DNA of 33,104 nucleotides from a virus (Duplodnaviria; Heunggongvirae; Uroviricota; Caudoviricetes): IMG/VR virus record IMGVR_UViG_2563366897_000003; one strand, 5' to 3'. Shown piece by piece: positions 16,223 to 25,616 of this stretch (position 1 is its first letter; each line of letters starts with the position of its first letter). The notes under the pieces were generated by a model. It saw only the letters and a program-made list of their open reading frames with translations, ran no database searches and was not told where the DNA came from. The position numbers and the translations under genes were made by a program.

Positions 16223-16245
16223 GGCGTTGTATGCCACACAACGCC
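16223..16245. terminator. hairpin terminator separating convergent transcription units
   Basis: 8-bp perfect stem GGCGTTGT/ACAACGCC with a 7-nt loop, T-rich sequence on the plus side; lies between the end of the TonB-like gene (+) and the end of a minus-strand gene. Confidence 0.45.
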
Positions 16246-16252
16246 TCACTGT

Positions 16253-16432
16253 TCATTTCTTCTTTTTCTCTGGTGGAACCCGATGAATAAGAGTTGCACT
16301 GGTTTCCGATGAGATGGCGATATACTCGGGCAAAGTATGCTGGCAGTTTTCCAACTGGTCAAAAATACCTGCTCTCGTCTGTTGCAATGCCTGCAGCATG
16401 CGGCGGCAATGCGCCTTGCTTTTACTAACCAT
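16253..16432 (-). CDS. hypothetical small protein (59 aa)
   Basis: Internal ATG of track ORF 16253..16606 preceded by strong GAGGAAGGAAAG SD; MVSKSKAHCRRMLQALQQTRAGIFDQLENCQHTLPEYIAISSETSATLIHRVPPEKKKK. Confidence 0.4.
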   Translation of the reverse strand: MVSKSKAHCRRMLQALQQTRAGIFDQLENCQHTLPEYIAISSETSATLIHRVPPEKKKK

Positions 16433-16493
16433 CTTTCCTTCCTCTATCAGTCGCTGCGTGAACTCATCATGTAATACCAGGTAAATGCGGATG

Positions 16494-16745
16494 TTATCGG
16501 TTTTGGCTACGCAGCATAGTACAAAACGGACAGGTGCATCCCGGGACGGGGGAGGCGTCACATGTCCCTGTGATGGTTGTTCCGGGTAATGCACTGTGTG
16601 GGGCATAAAAATGTCCGATAATTTTACTTTCTACCGCAGTTAGTTGATTCGTTGGTCCTGGTAGCACATTGGGCGAGGATTTAAATGCCAGGCAACTGAA
16701 GGATGATGTTGCAAGGGAGATAGCGAGAATATTTCTGATTTTCAT
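16494..16745 (-). CDS. secreted cysteine-containing small protein (83 aa precursor)
   Basis: Internal ATG of track ORF 16494..16814; N-terminal signal peptide MKIRNILAISLATSSFSCLA; mature part has 4 Cys (TGTCDASPVPGCTCPFC); AT-rich; minus strand, next to cos. Confidence 0.4.
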   Translation of the reverse strand: MKIRNILAISLATSSFSCLAFKSSPNVLPGPTNQLTAVESKIIGHFYAPHSALPGTTITGTCDASPVPGCTCPFCTMLRSQNR

Positions 16746-16893
16746 TTGATGATGCCTCTGTGTGAAATGACGGTAAACGACGCACTTGTGCCGGCACATA
16801 ATAGCAAGCACCATAATAGATCAGATTCGATTCTTGCTGTAAGTGATAATTATTCTCGTTTTCGGGTCCTTTCCGTCGATCCAACAGGTTACG

Positions 16894-16905
16894 GGGCGGC
16901 GACCT
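16894..16905 (+). other. cosN cohesive-end site (lambda-type 12-nt GGGCGGCGACCT), with cosB between it and nu1
   Basis: ACAGGTTACG|GGGCGGCGACCTCGCGGGTTTTCGCTATTTATGAAAATTTT matches the lambda genome ends as recalled; lies 170 bp upstream of the Nu1 start codon at 17075. Confidence 0.8.
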
Positions 16906-17074
16906 CGCGGGTTTTCGCTATTTATGAAAATTTTTAGGGAAAAATCAGATCCGTTTTTCTTCTTTTTAACTGATTGATTATCAATAGAATTTTAAAAATA
17001 TAAAAGGATCTAACAAAGGCTGTTTTTGTTAGAAAACGCCATTTTCAGATCCTTTCTGGTTCCCGGGGGAGTGT

Positions 17075-17623
17075 ATGAACGTCAATAAGAAAAAACTGGC
17101 CGATATTTTTGGCGTTGATGTCAGGACCATCACCGCCTGGCAGAGTCAGGGGTTACCACTAGTTTCTGGTGGAGGGAAAGGGACTGAATCAGTTTTTGAT
17201 ACAACTGCTGCCATTCAGTGGTATGCGCAGAGGGAAGCTGATATTAAAAACGAAAAACTCCGTAAAGAGATCGAGGATTTGAGGGCTGCCAGCGAATCAG
17301 ACCTTCAGCCCGGCACCATTGATTACGAACGTTACCGACTGACGAAGGCACAGGCCGATGCACAGGAGCTGAAAAATGCTCGTGAGGAAGGCCTTGTCCT
17401 CGAGACGGAGTTATTTACCTACATCTTTCAGCGAGTGGCACAGAATATATCAGGGATCCTTGTCCGTGTCCCTCAGACACTGCAGCGTAAATACCCTGAT
17501 ATATCACCCGTACATCTTGATGCTGTGAAAACTGAAATCGCGAAAGCATCCGATGTGGCTTCTGAAGCCGGTGAGAATGTGCGCAGGTGGATTGATGATT
17601 TCAGACGAACTGAGGGCGGCTAA
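17075..17623 (+). CDS. nu1: terminase small subunit Nu1
   Basis: 182 aa; [28 protein letters not shown]...[45 protein letters not shown] is near-collinear with lambda Nu1. Confidence 0.9.
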   Translation: MNVNKKKLADIFGVDVRTITAWQSQGLPLVSGGGKGTESVFDTTAAIQWYAQREADIKNEKLRKEIEDLRAASESDLQPGTIDYERYRLTKAQADAQELKNAREEGLVLETELFTYIFQRVAQNISGILVRVPQTLQRKYPDISPVHLDAVKTEIAKASDVASEAGENVRRWIDDFRRTEGG

Positions 17624-19523
17624 TTCTGCAGGAGCGATAGCAACCGGCCTCCTTGCGCTAAAAATTCCTGTCCCTCTGACGACAGTTCAGTGGGCAGATC
17701 GACATTATTACCTTCCGAAAGAGTCATCTTACACCCCGGGGCGGTGGGAAACACTGCCGTTTCAGGTTGCCATCATGAACAGCATGGGGAATGACCGGAT
17801 CCGCACTGTTAATCTGATTAAATCTGCCCGTGTTGGTTATACAAAGATGTTGCTGGGAGTGGAGGCTTATTTTATTGAGCATAAATCACGCAACAGCCTT
17901 CTTTTCCAGCCCACGGATTCTGCTGCTGAAGATTTTATGAAATCTCATGTGGAACCCACGATCAGGGATGTGCCGGTTTTACTCGATCTTGCACCGTGGT
18001 TTGGGCGTAAACATCGTGATAATACCCTCACGCTGAAACGTTTTTCATCGGGCGTGGGCTTCTGGTGCCTGGGCGGGGCTGCCGCTAAAAACTACCGTGA
18101 AAAATCCGTGGACGTGGTCTGCTATGACGAACTTTCCTCGTTCGAACCGGATGTCGAAAAAGAGGGTTCGCCAACCCTGCTTGGGGATAAACGTATTGAG
18201 GGCTCGGTATGGCCAAAATCCATTCGCGGCTCGACGCCTAAAATAAAAGGCTCCTGCCAGATCGAAAAAGCGGCCAACGAGTCGGCGCATTTCATGCGTT
18301 TTTATGTGCCCTGCCCACACTGTGGGGAGGAGCAGTATCTGAAATTTGGCGATGAATCCACGCCTTTTGGCCTTAAATGGGAGAAAGACAGCCCCGAAAG
18401 CGTTTTCTACCTCTGTGAACATCATGGCTGCGTGATCCATCAGTCTGAGCTTGACCAGAGCAACGGGCGGTGGATCTGTGAAAACACGGGGATGTGGACC
18501 CGTGACGGTCTGACGTTTTTCAGCGCCGCGGATAATGAAATTCCGCCGCCGCGCTCCATCACGTTCCATATCTGGACGGCGTACAGTCCGTTCACCACCT
18601 GGGTACAGATAGTCTATGACTGGCTGGATGCACTGAAAGATCCCAACGGCCTGAAAACCTTTGTGAACACCACGCTGGGCGAGACCTGGGAAGAGGCCGT
18701 GGGCGAAAAACTCGATCACCAGGTACTGATGGATAAGGTCGTGCATTACACGGCGGCGGTGCCAGCCCGGGTGGTTTATCTGACGGCGGGCATTGACTCG
18801 CAGCGAAACCGTTTTGAGATGTATGTCTGGGGATGGGCACCGGGAGAGGAAGCTTTTCTGGTGGATAAAATCATCATTATGGGCCGTCCCGATGAGGAAG
18901 AGACGCTGTTACGTGTGGATGCGGCGATCAACAAAAAATACTGCCATGCAGACGGAACCGAAATGACCATTTCCCGTGTCTGCTGGGACACCGGGGGGAT
19001 CGATGGTGAAATTGTCTATCAGAGGTCAAAAAAACACGGTGTTTTCCGGGTGCTGCCGGTAAAAGGTGCATCTGTTTATGGCAAGCCGGTGATCACCATG
19101 CCAAAAACCCGCAATCAGCGGGGCGTGTATCTGTGCGAAGTGGGGACGGACACCGCAAAAGAAATTCTCTATGCCCGTATGAAAGCCGATCCCACGCCTG
19201 CGGATGAAGCCACGTCGTATGCCATCCGTTTTCCTGATGATCCGGAGATTTTTTCGCAGACAGAGGCGCAGCAACTGGTGGCGGAAGAGCTTGTGGAGAA
19301 GTGGGAAAAAGGAAAGATGCGTCTGCTGTGGGATAACAAAAAGCGGCGTAACGAAGCGCTGGACTGCCTGGTGTATGCCTATGCGGCATTACGTGTGTCC
19401 GTGCAACGCTGGCAGCTTGATCTGGCTGTACTGGCAAAATCCCGGGAAGAAGAGACGACCCGGCCAACCCTTAAAGAACTGGCAGCGAAGCTGTCCGGAG
19501 GAGTGAATGGTTACAGTCGCTGA
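17595..19523 (+). CDS. A: terminase large subunit A
   Basis: [33 protein letters not shown]...[14 protein letters not shown]... is collinear with lambda gpA; start chosen at the ATG overlapping the Nu1 end (track ORF begins at 17553). Confidence 0.9.
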   Translation: MISDELRAANSAGAIATGLLALKIPVPLTTVQWADRHYYLPKESSYTPGRWETLPFQVAIMNSMGNDRIRTVNLIKSARVGYTKMLLGVEAYFIEHKSRNSLLFQPTDSAAEDFMKSHVEPTIRDVPVLLDLAPWFGRKHRDNTLTLKRFSSGVGFWCLGGAAAKNYREKSVDVVCYDELSSFEPDVEKEGSPTLLGDKRIEGSVWPKSIRGSTPKIKGSCQIEKAANESAHFMRFYVPCPHCGEEQYLKFGDESTPFGLKWEKDSPESVFYLCEHHGCVIHQSELDQSNGRWICENTGMWTRDGLTFFSAADNEIPPPRSITFHIWTAYSPFTTWVQIVYDWLDALKDPNGLKTFVNTTLGETWEEAVGEKLDHQVLMDKVVHYTAAVPARVVYLTAGIDSQRNRFEMYVWGWAPGEEAFLVDKIIIMGRPDEEETLLRVDAAINKKYCHADGTEMTISRVCWDTGGIDGEIVYQRSKKHGVFRVLPVKGASVYGKPVITMPKTRNQRGVYLCEVGTDTAKEILYARMKADPTPADEATSYAIRFPDDPEIFSQTEAQQLVAEELVEKWEKGKMRLLWDNKKRRNEALDCLVYAYAALRVSVQRWQLDLAVLAKSREEETTRPTLKELAAKLSGGVNGYSR

Positions 19524-19713
19524 ACTACAGGCGCTGCGTCAGGCGCGCCTTGATTTATTAACCGGTAAACGGGTGGTGTCTGTCCAGAAAGATGGTCGCA
19601 GAATTGAATATACGGCGGCCTCTCTGGATGAGCTTAACCGTGCGATCAATGATGCTGAGTTGGTACTGGGGACAACCCGCCGTCGCCGTCGTCCGCTGGG
19701 AGTGAGGTTATGA
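19507..19713 (+). CDS. W: head-tail joining protein W
   Basis: 68 aa; LTGKRVVSVQKDGRRIEYTAASLDELNRAI resembles lambda gpW. Confidence 0.85.
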   Translation: MVTVAELQALRQARLDLLTGKRVVSVQKDGRRIEYTAASLDELNRAINDAELVLGTTRRRRRPLGVRL

Positions 19714-21302
19714 AACGAACGCCTGTCCTGATTGATGTGAACGGCGTTCCGCTTCGGGAGAGCCTCAGCTACAACGGGGGCGGCGCAGGATTTGGCGGGC
19801 AAATGGCGGAGTGGTTGCCACCGGCGCAGAGTGCCGATGCGGCCCTGCTGCCCGCGTTGCGTCTGGGGAATGCCCGGGCAGATGATCTGGTGCGCAATAA
19901 CGGGATAGCGGCCAATGCGGTGGCCCTGCATAAGGATCACATTGTCGGGCATATGTTTCTTATCAGCTACCGCCCGAACTGGCGCTGGCTGGGGATGCGG
20001 GAGACCGCGACAAAAAGTTTTGTCGATGAGGTGGAGGCGGCCTGGTCAGAATACGCAGAAGGGATGTTTGGTGAGATCGACGTGGAAGGGAAACGCACGT
20101 TTACGGAATTTATCCGTGAAGGTGTGGGCGTTCATGCGTTTAACGGCGAAATCTTTGTGCAGCCGGTCTGGGATACGGAGAGCACGCAACTGTTTCGTAC
20201 GCGTTTTAAAGCCGTGAGTCCGAAACGGGTGGACACGCCAGGACACGGTATCGGGAACCGTTTTCTGCGGGCCGGTGTGGAGGTTGATCGATATGGCCGT
20301 GCCGTTGCGTACCATATCTGTGAGGATGATTTTCCTCGCTCCGGGAGTGGACGATGGGAACGGATCCCGCGTGAACTTCCCACCGGGCGTCCGGCCATGC
20401 TGCATATTTTCGAGCCGGTGGAGGACGGGCAGACCCGTGGGGCCAACCAGTTTTACAGCGTCATGGAACGGCTGAAGATGCTCGATTCCCTGCAGGCAAC
20501 ACAGCTTCAGTCGGCCATTGTCAAGGCGATGTATGCAGCGACAATTGAAAGTGAACTGGATACCGAAAAGGCCTTTGAATATATCGCCGGTGCGCCGCAG
20601 GGGCAGAAGGATAATCCGCTTATTAATATTCTGGAGAAGTTCTCCAGCTGGTATGACACGAATAACGTGACGCTGGGCGGTGTCAAAATTCCGCACCTTT
20701 TCCCTGGTGATGATCTGAAACTACAGACAGCGCAGGATTCAGACAATGGATTTTCTGCGCTTGAACAGGCGCTGCTGCGGTATATCGCCGCCGGTCTTGG
20801 CGTTTCCTACGAACAGTTGTCCCGTGATTACTCGAAGGTCAGTTACTCAAGTGCCCGCGCCTCCGCCAATGAGTCGTGGCGCTATTTTATGGGGCGGCGA
20901 AAATTTATTGCGTCCCGGCTGGCCACGCAGATGTTTTCCTGCTGGCTGGAAGAGGCACTTCTGCGGGGGATTATCCGTCCGCCACGGGCACGTTTTGATT
21001 TTTATCAGGCGCGTTCAGCCTGGTCACGGGCTGAGTGGATTGGTGCCGGAAGAATGGCCATTGACGGGCTCAAGGAGGTTCAGGAATCGGTGATGCGTAT
21101 TGATTCCGGACTGAGCACGTATGAGAAAGAGCTGGCGCTGATGGGCGAGGATTATCAGGACATTTTCCGCCAGCAGGTCAGGGAATCTGCAGAGCGGGAA
21201 AAAGCCGGACTCTCACGTCCGGTGTGGATAGCGCAGGCGTATCAGCAGCAGATAGCGGAGAGTCGCAGGCCGGAAGAGGAGACAACACCACGTGAGACGT
21301 AA
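19710..21302 (+). CDS. B: portal protein B
   Basis: 530 aa; size and position match lambda gpB (533 aa). Confidence 0.9.
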   Translation: MKRTPVLIDVNGVPLRESLSYNGGGAGFGGQMAEWLPPAQSADAALLPALRLGNARADDLVRNNGIAANAVALHKDHIVGHMFLISYRPNWRWLGMRETATKSFVDEVEAAWSEYAEGMFGEIDVEGKRTFTEFIREGVGVHAFNGEIFVQPVWDTESTQLFRTRFKAVSPKRVDTPGHGIGNRFLRAGVEVDRYGRAVAYHICEDDFPRSGSGRWERIPRELPTGRPAMLHIFEPVEDGQTRGANQFYSVMERLKMLDSLQATQLQSAIVKAMYAATIESELDTEKAFEYIAGAPQGQKDNPLINILEKFSSWYDTNNVTLGGVKIPHLFPGDDLKLQTAQDSDNGFSALEQALLRYIAAGLGVSYEQLSRDYSKVSYSSARASANESWRYFMGRRKFIASRLATQMFSCWLEEALLRGIIRPPRARFDFYQARSAWSRAEWIGAGRMAIDGLKEVQESVMRIDSGLSTYEKELALMGEDYQDIFRQQVRESAEREKAGLSRPVWIAQAYQQQIAESRRPEEETTPRET

Positions 21303-22797
21303 TCTTTCACACATTATTGCAGCAGCATTCAATGAACCGCTGCTTCTGGAGCCCGCCTATGCGCGGGTTTTCTTTTGCGCGCTCGGGCGCGAGATGGGGG
21401 CAGCAAGTCTTTCGGTACCGCAACAGCAGGTACAGCTTGATGCTCCCGGGATGCTGGCTGAAACGGACGAGTACATGGCCGGAGGTAAACGACCGGCCCG
21501 TGTTTACCGGGTGGTGAACGGTATTGCGGTACTGCCGGTGACCGGCACGCTGGTGCACCGGCTGGGGGGGATGCGGCCATTTTCCGGAATGACTGGCTAT
21601 GACGGCATTGTCGCCTGTCTTCAGCAGGCAATGGCAGATAGCCAGGTGCGGGGCATACTGCTGGACATTGACAGTCCGGGCGGGCAGGCCGCCGGCGCGT
21701 TTGACTGCGCTGACATGATTTACCGCCTCCGGCAGCAGAAGCCGGTCTGGGCACTGTGCAATGACACGGCCTGTTCTGCAGCCATGCTGCTGGCGTCGGC
21801 CTGCTCCCGACGGCTGGTTACCCAGACATCCCGTATCGGCTCCATTGGCGTGATGATGAGCCATGTCAGCTATGCCGGTCATCTGGCGCAGGCCGGTGTG
21901 GATATCACGCTGATTTATGCCGGGGCGCACAAGGTGGATGGCAATCAGTTTGAAGCGTTGCCGGCAGAGGTTCGCCAGGACATGCAGCAGCGGATTGATG
22001 CGGCGCGCCGGATGTTTGCCGAAAAAGTGGCGATGTATACCGGTCTGTCTGTTGATGCCGTCACGGGAACAGAGGCTGCCGTTTTTGAAGGTCAGTCCGG
22101 CATTGAGGCCGGGCTGGCGGATGAATTAATCAATGCGTCGGATGCCATCAGTGTGATGGCCACGGCGCTGAACAGTAATGTCAGAGGAGGCACTATGCCG
22201 CAATTAACTGCAACGGAAGCCGCCGTGCAGGAGAACCAGCGAGTGATGGGGATCCTGACATGCCAGGAAGCGAAAGGACGTGAACAGCTTGCCACGATGC
22301 TGGCAGGGCAACAGGGCATGAGCGTTGAACAGGCCCGGGCGATTCTGGCCGCGGCGGCACCGCAGCAGCCGGTGGCATCCGCACAGAGTGAAGCCGATCG
22401 CATTATGGCGTGTGAAGAAGCGAACGGTCGTGAACAACTGGCAGCAACGCTGGCGGCGATGCCGGAGAGGACGGTGGAAAAAGCCCGCCCGATCCTGGCT
22501 GCTTCACCGCAGGCGAATGCCGGGCCCTCACTTCGTGATCAGATCATGGCACTGGATGAGGCAAAAGGGGCTGAGGCGCAGGCTGAACAGCTGGCTGCCT
22601 GCCCGGGAATGACTGTGGAGAGCGCCCGGGCTGTGCTGGCTGCGGGATCAGGTAAGGCAGAACCGGTCTCTGCATCCACAACCGCCCTGTTTGAACATTT
22701 CATGGCGAACCATTCACCGGCTGCGGTCCAGGGGGGCGTGTCACAGGCGTCAGAAGACGGTGATGCGGACGTGAAAATGCTCATGGCCATGCCATGA
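21292..22797 (+). CDS. C: head protease / minor capsid protein C (S49-type), with scaffold region
   Basis: 501 aa with GTG start; lambda-gpC-like protease region followed by a scaffold-like C-terminus containing three imperfect repeats of about 45 aa. Confidence 0.85.
   Translation: MRRNLSHIIAAAFNEPLLLEPAYARVFFCALGREMGAASLSVPQQQVQLDAPGMLAETDEYMAGGKRPARVYRVVNGIAVLPVTGTLVHRLGGMRPFSGMTGYDGIVACLQQAMADSQVRGILLDIDSPGGQAAGAFDCADMIYRLRQQKPVWALCNDTACSAAMLLASACSRRLVTQTSRIGSIGVMMSHVSYAGHLAQAGVDITLIYAGAHKVDGNQFEALPAEVRQDMQQRIDAARRMFAEKVAMYTGLSVDAVTGTEAAVFEGQSGIEAGLADELINASDAISVMATALNSNVRGGTMPQLTATEAAVQENQRVMGILTCQEAKGREQLATMLAGQQGMSVEQARAILAAAAPQQPVASAQSEADRIMACEEANGREQLAATLAAMPERTVEKARPILAASPQANAGPSLRDQIMALDEAKGAEAQAEQLAACPGMTVESARAVLAAGSGKAEPVSASTTALFEHFMANHSPAAVQGGVSQASEDGDADVKMLMAMP
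22195..22797 (+). CDS. nu3: Nu3-like scaffolding protein (in-frame internal start within C)
   Basis: GAGGAGG SD 6 nt upstream of an in-frame ATG at 22195; the same nested arrangement as lambda C/Nu3. Confidence 0.55.
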   Translation: MPQLTATEAAVQENQRVMGILTCQEAKGREQLATMLAGQQGMSVEQARAILAAAAPQQPVASAQSEADRIMACEEANGREQLAATLAAMPERTVEKARPILAASPQANAGPSLRDQIMALDEAKGAEAQAEQLAACPGMTVESARAVLAAGSGKAEPVSASTTALFEHFMANHSPAAVQGGVSQASEDGDADVKMLMAMP

Positions 22798-22833
22798 AGT
22801 CAGTGCTGAACATCAATACGAGGTTTTAACAAT

Positions 22834-23181
22834 ATGGTGACGAAAACCATCACTGAACAGCGTGCGGAAGTACGTATTTTTGCCGGTAATGATCCGGCTC
22901 ACACCGCCACAGGCAGCAGCGGGATTTCCTCGGCAACACCGGCACTGACACCCCTGATGCTGGATGGGGCCACCGGGAAACTGGTGGTCTGGGACGGACA
23001 GAAAGCCGGTAGTGCGGTTGGCATACTGGTACTGCCGCTTGAAGGCACAGAGGCGGTGCTGACGTATTACAAGTCGGGGACCTTTGCGACGGAGGCAATC
23101 CGCTGGCCTGAAAGTGTGGATGAACACAAAAAGGCCAACGCCTTTACCGGCAGTGCCCTGAGTCACGCGGCGCTGCCGTAA
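22834..23181 (+). CDS. D: head decoration protein D
   Basis: 115 aa; NDPAHTATGSSGISSATPALTPLMLDGATGKLVVWDGQ...YYKSGTF closely matches lambda gpD. Confidence 0.9.
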   Translation: MVTKTITEQRAEVRIFAGNDPAHTATGSSGISSATPALTPLMLDGATGKLVVWDGQKAGSAVGILVLPLEGTEAVLTYYKSGTFATEAIRWPESVDEHKKANAFTGSALSHAALP

Positions 23182-23364
23182 CACGTTATCAGGCCACCGC
23201 GTTGGCCTGACTGATTTCTTAATGAAAGGAACTGATTTATGGGATTGTTTACGACCCGCCAGTTACTCGGTTATGAGACGACAATAACTCAGTCCGCCTG
23301 GCGCCGATTATTCTGGCCGGTTTTGTAACCTGAGTGTCATTTACATGATCCAACAGGAAATGGC

Positions 23365-24864
23365 GTGACGCTCAATACTTCTCAGGTCAGTTACTATATG
23401 ACTCAGCGTAAGAAAGGTATAACTCAGCATATCTCGGCCATGAAGGCTGGTATCTCAGTCCGTTCTGGTCGTCGGATCGAAAAAGGAGAGTGGGCAAAAA
23501 ACAGTGTTCGGCACTGGCGCACACGCAAAGATCCTCTGGAAGCTGTGTGGGACAGCATGCTTGTTCCTCTGTTGAAAGAGAGGCCGGCTCTGACACCAAC
23601 AACTCTGCTGGAGATGCTACAGGATAAATATCCCGGCCAGTACCCCAACAGCCTTCGAAGAACAATGCAACGGCGGGTCCGCGAATGGAAGCTACAGTAT
23701 GGTGCAGAGCAGGAGGTCATGTTCCGCCAGCGACATCAGCCCGGTCTGCGAGGTCTGTCGGACTTTACTGAACTGAAAGGTGTAGTTGTCACCATCGCCG
23801 GTAAGTTGTTGGCGCATAAGTTGTATCACTTCCGTCTGGAATGGAGCCACTGGAGCTGGATGCGGGTTGTGCTGGGTGGTGAGAGCTTCTCTGCTCTGGC
23901 TGAAGGTCTGCAGGAAGCCCTCGGACAACTGGGCGGAGTGCCGGTAGAACATAAAACGGACAGCCTGAGGGCAGCATGGAAACAACAGGGCGAAGATGGA
24001 CGCCGCGAGCTGACTGAGCGTTATGCTGCTCTCTGTCAGCACTACGGAATGCAGGGCGTACACAATAATGCCGGTCGGGGCCACGAAAATGGCTCGGTTG
24101 AAAGTGCCCACGGACATCTGAAAAGGCGTATCTGTCAGGCGCTGATACTGCGGGGCAGTAACGACTTCAGCACCATAGAAGAATATCAGGCCTTCATCAC
24201 TCAGCAGGTTATGCGGCACAACCGTAACAATCAGGATCTGGTCAAGGAAGAACGTCTTCATCTGAAACCGCTGCCGCTTCGTCGCAGTGCTGACTATGAT
24301 GAGCTGACTGTGAGGGTTAGCCGCAGCAGTACCATCAATGTGAAGCACGTCGTCTACAGCGTACCTTCCCGGCTTGTAGGTCAACTGTTACGGGTCCGGT
24401 TATGGGACGATCGTCTGAGCTGTTACGTTGGCAGCAGCGAGGTCATGAGCTGCCCACGTGTCAGACCAGAAAAAGGGAAGACGCGGGCCCGTCGTATCGA
24501 CTTCCGACATGTGATCGACAGTCTGGCAAAAAAGCCCGGTGCGTTCTGCCATGCAACGCTGAGAAATGACATCCTGCCAGACGATGAATGGCGGAGGCTG
24601 TGGCGTCGCTTATGTAATCATCTGGAACCCGACATGGCAGGCAGGCTGATGGTACATGCTCTGAAACTGGCTGCAGGATACGACGATATCTCAGTCGTGG
24701 CAAAAGGTATGGAGCAGATGCTGAATACCCCGGGAAACGTGGATCTGCACCGGCTGATGCGCTTCCTGGGTATAAAGGAAAAGGCGTTGCCGGTAGTCAA
24801 TGTGAAACAGCATAACCTGAGCAGTTATGAGCAACTACTGCGTGGCAAGGGAGGTTCGCAGTGA
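23365..24864 (+). CDS. istA: IS21-family transposase IstA
   Basis: 499 aa per track (GTG start; alternative ATG at 23398); N-terminal HTH then DDE-type integrase region; followed by istB with 4-nt overlap. Confidence 0.8.
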   Translation: MTLNTSQVSYYMTQRKKGITQHISAMKAGISVRSGRRIEKGEWAKNSVRHWRTRKDPLEAVWDSMLVPLLKERPALTPTTLLEMLQDKYPGQYPNSLRRTMQRRVREWKLQYGAEQEVMFRQRHQPGLRGLSDFTELKGVVVTIAGKLLAHKLYHFRLEWSHWSWMRVVLGGESFSALAEGLQEALGQLGGVPVEHKTDSLRAAWKQQGEDGRRELTERYAALCQHYGMQGVHNNAGRGHENGSVESAHGHLKRRICQALILRGSNDFSTIEEYQAFITQQVMRHNRNNQDLVKEERLHLKPLPLRRSADYDELTVRVSRSSTINVKHVVYSVPSRLVGQLLRVRLWDDRLSCYVGSSEVMSCPRVRPEKGKTRARRIDFRHVIDSLAKKPGAFCHATLRNDILPDDEWRRLWRRLCNHLEPDMAGRLMVHALKLAAGYDDISVVAKGMEQMLNTPGNVDLHRLMRFLGIKEKALPVVNVKQHNLSSYEQLLRGKGGSQ

Positions 24865-25616
24865 GCAATATCCATCACCTTGAACGCAGCCTGCGTAAAC
24901 TACGCCTGACACGAGTTGGAGCTGAATGGCACGCTCTGGAAAAACGAGCACTGGCAGAAGGCTGGACACCATCGCGCTATCTTCTGACGCTATGCAATGA
25001 AGAACTCCTGTGGCGCGAGAGTGAAAAACTGCGTCGTTATAAAAAGGAGGCCCGGTTGCCAGTTGCCAAAACGCTAAGCGAATACGACTTCAGTCAGGTG
25101 CCGGAACTGAATGGAGCTCAGTTCCGGCAACTCTGTGAAACGACAGACTGGGTTGATGCAGGAGAAAACGTTCTGCTGTTCGGAGCCAGCGGGTTGGGGA
25201 AAAGCCATCTGGCGGCAGCGATCGTGGATGGCGTAGTAGGCCAGGGCTACCGGGCCCGGTTCTACAGCGCAGGAGAGTTGTTGCAGGAACTACGTAAAGC
25301 CAGAGCGCAGTTGAAACTGAATGAGCTGCTACTGAAACTGGATCGCTACCGGGTGATAGTGGTGGATGATCTTGGCTATGTCAAACGCGACAGCGCCGAA
25401 ACGGGAGTACTGTTCGAGTTAATAGCGCATCGCTATGAACGTGGGAGCCTGGTGATAACCAGTAACCATCCGTTCAGCATGTGGGGCAGCATCTTCGTGG
25501 ATGAGACTATGGCGGTGGCGGCGGCAGACCGGCTGATCCATCACGGATATATGTTCGAACTGAAAGGTGAAAGCTACAGGAAAAAGACAGCGAAGGCAGT
25601 AACAAGCGCGACTTGA
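24861..25616 (+). CDS. istB: IS21-family ATP-binding helper protein IstB
   Basis: 251 aa; Walker A GASGLGKSHLA and Walker B VIVVDDLG typical of IstB/DnaC-like AAA+ proteins. Confidence 0.85.
   Translation: MSNIHHLERSLRKLRLTRVGAEWHALEKRALAEGWTPSRYLLTLCNEELLWRESEKLRRYKKEARLPVAKTLSEYDFSQVPELNGAQFRQLCETTDWVDAGENVLLFGASGLGKSHLAAAIVDGVVGQGYRARFYSAGELLQELRKARAQLKLNELLLKLDRYRVIVVDDLGYVKRDSAETGVLFELIAHRYERGSLVITSNHPFSMWGSIFVDETMAVAAADRLIHHGYMFELKGESYRKKTAKAVTSAT

Noticed and set aside
16681-16884. 67-aa minus-strand ORF abutting cosN
   Set aside because: Low-complexity AT-rich translation with no SD; it overlaps the start region of the better-supported secreted-protein gene and the cos-flanking DNA.
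18045-18746. 233-aa ORF on the minus strand inside the terminase large subunit gene
   Set aside because: Fully antisense to a well-supported gene (A); Arg/Pro-rich low-complexity translation typical of the reverse frame of GC-rich coding DNA; no start-site signals.
20046-20696. 216-aa minus-strand ORF inside the portal gene, and similar antisense ORFs at 21307-21930, 22092-22437, 30588-31166, 31206-31736 and 31682-32200
   Set aside because: All are embedded antisense in lambda-like structural genes (B, C, H); their translations are compositionally biased (Arg/Pro/Cys-rich) and lack RBS; treated as artefacts of open antisense frames.
23190-23209. Hairpin between D and E as a transcription terminator
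   Set aside because: The stem is short (6 bp) and lacks a clear T-tract; more likely a translational or structural element, so not listed as a terminator.
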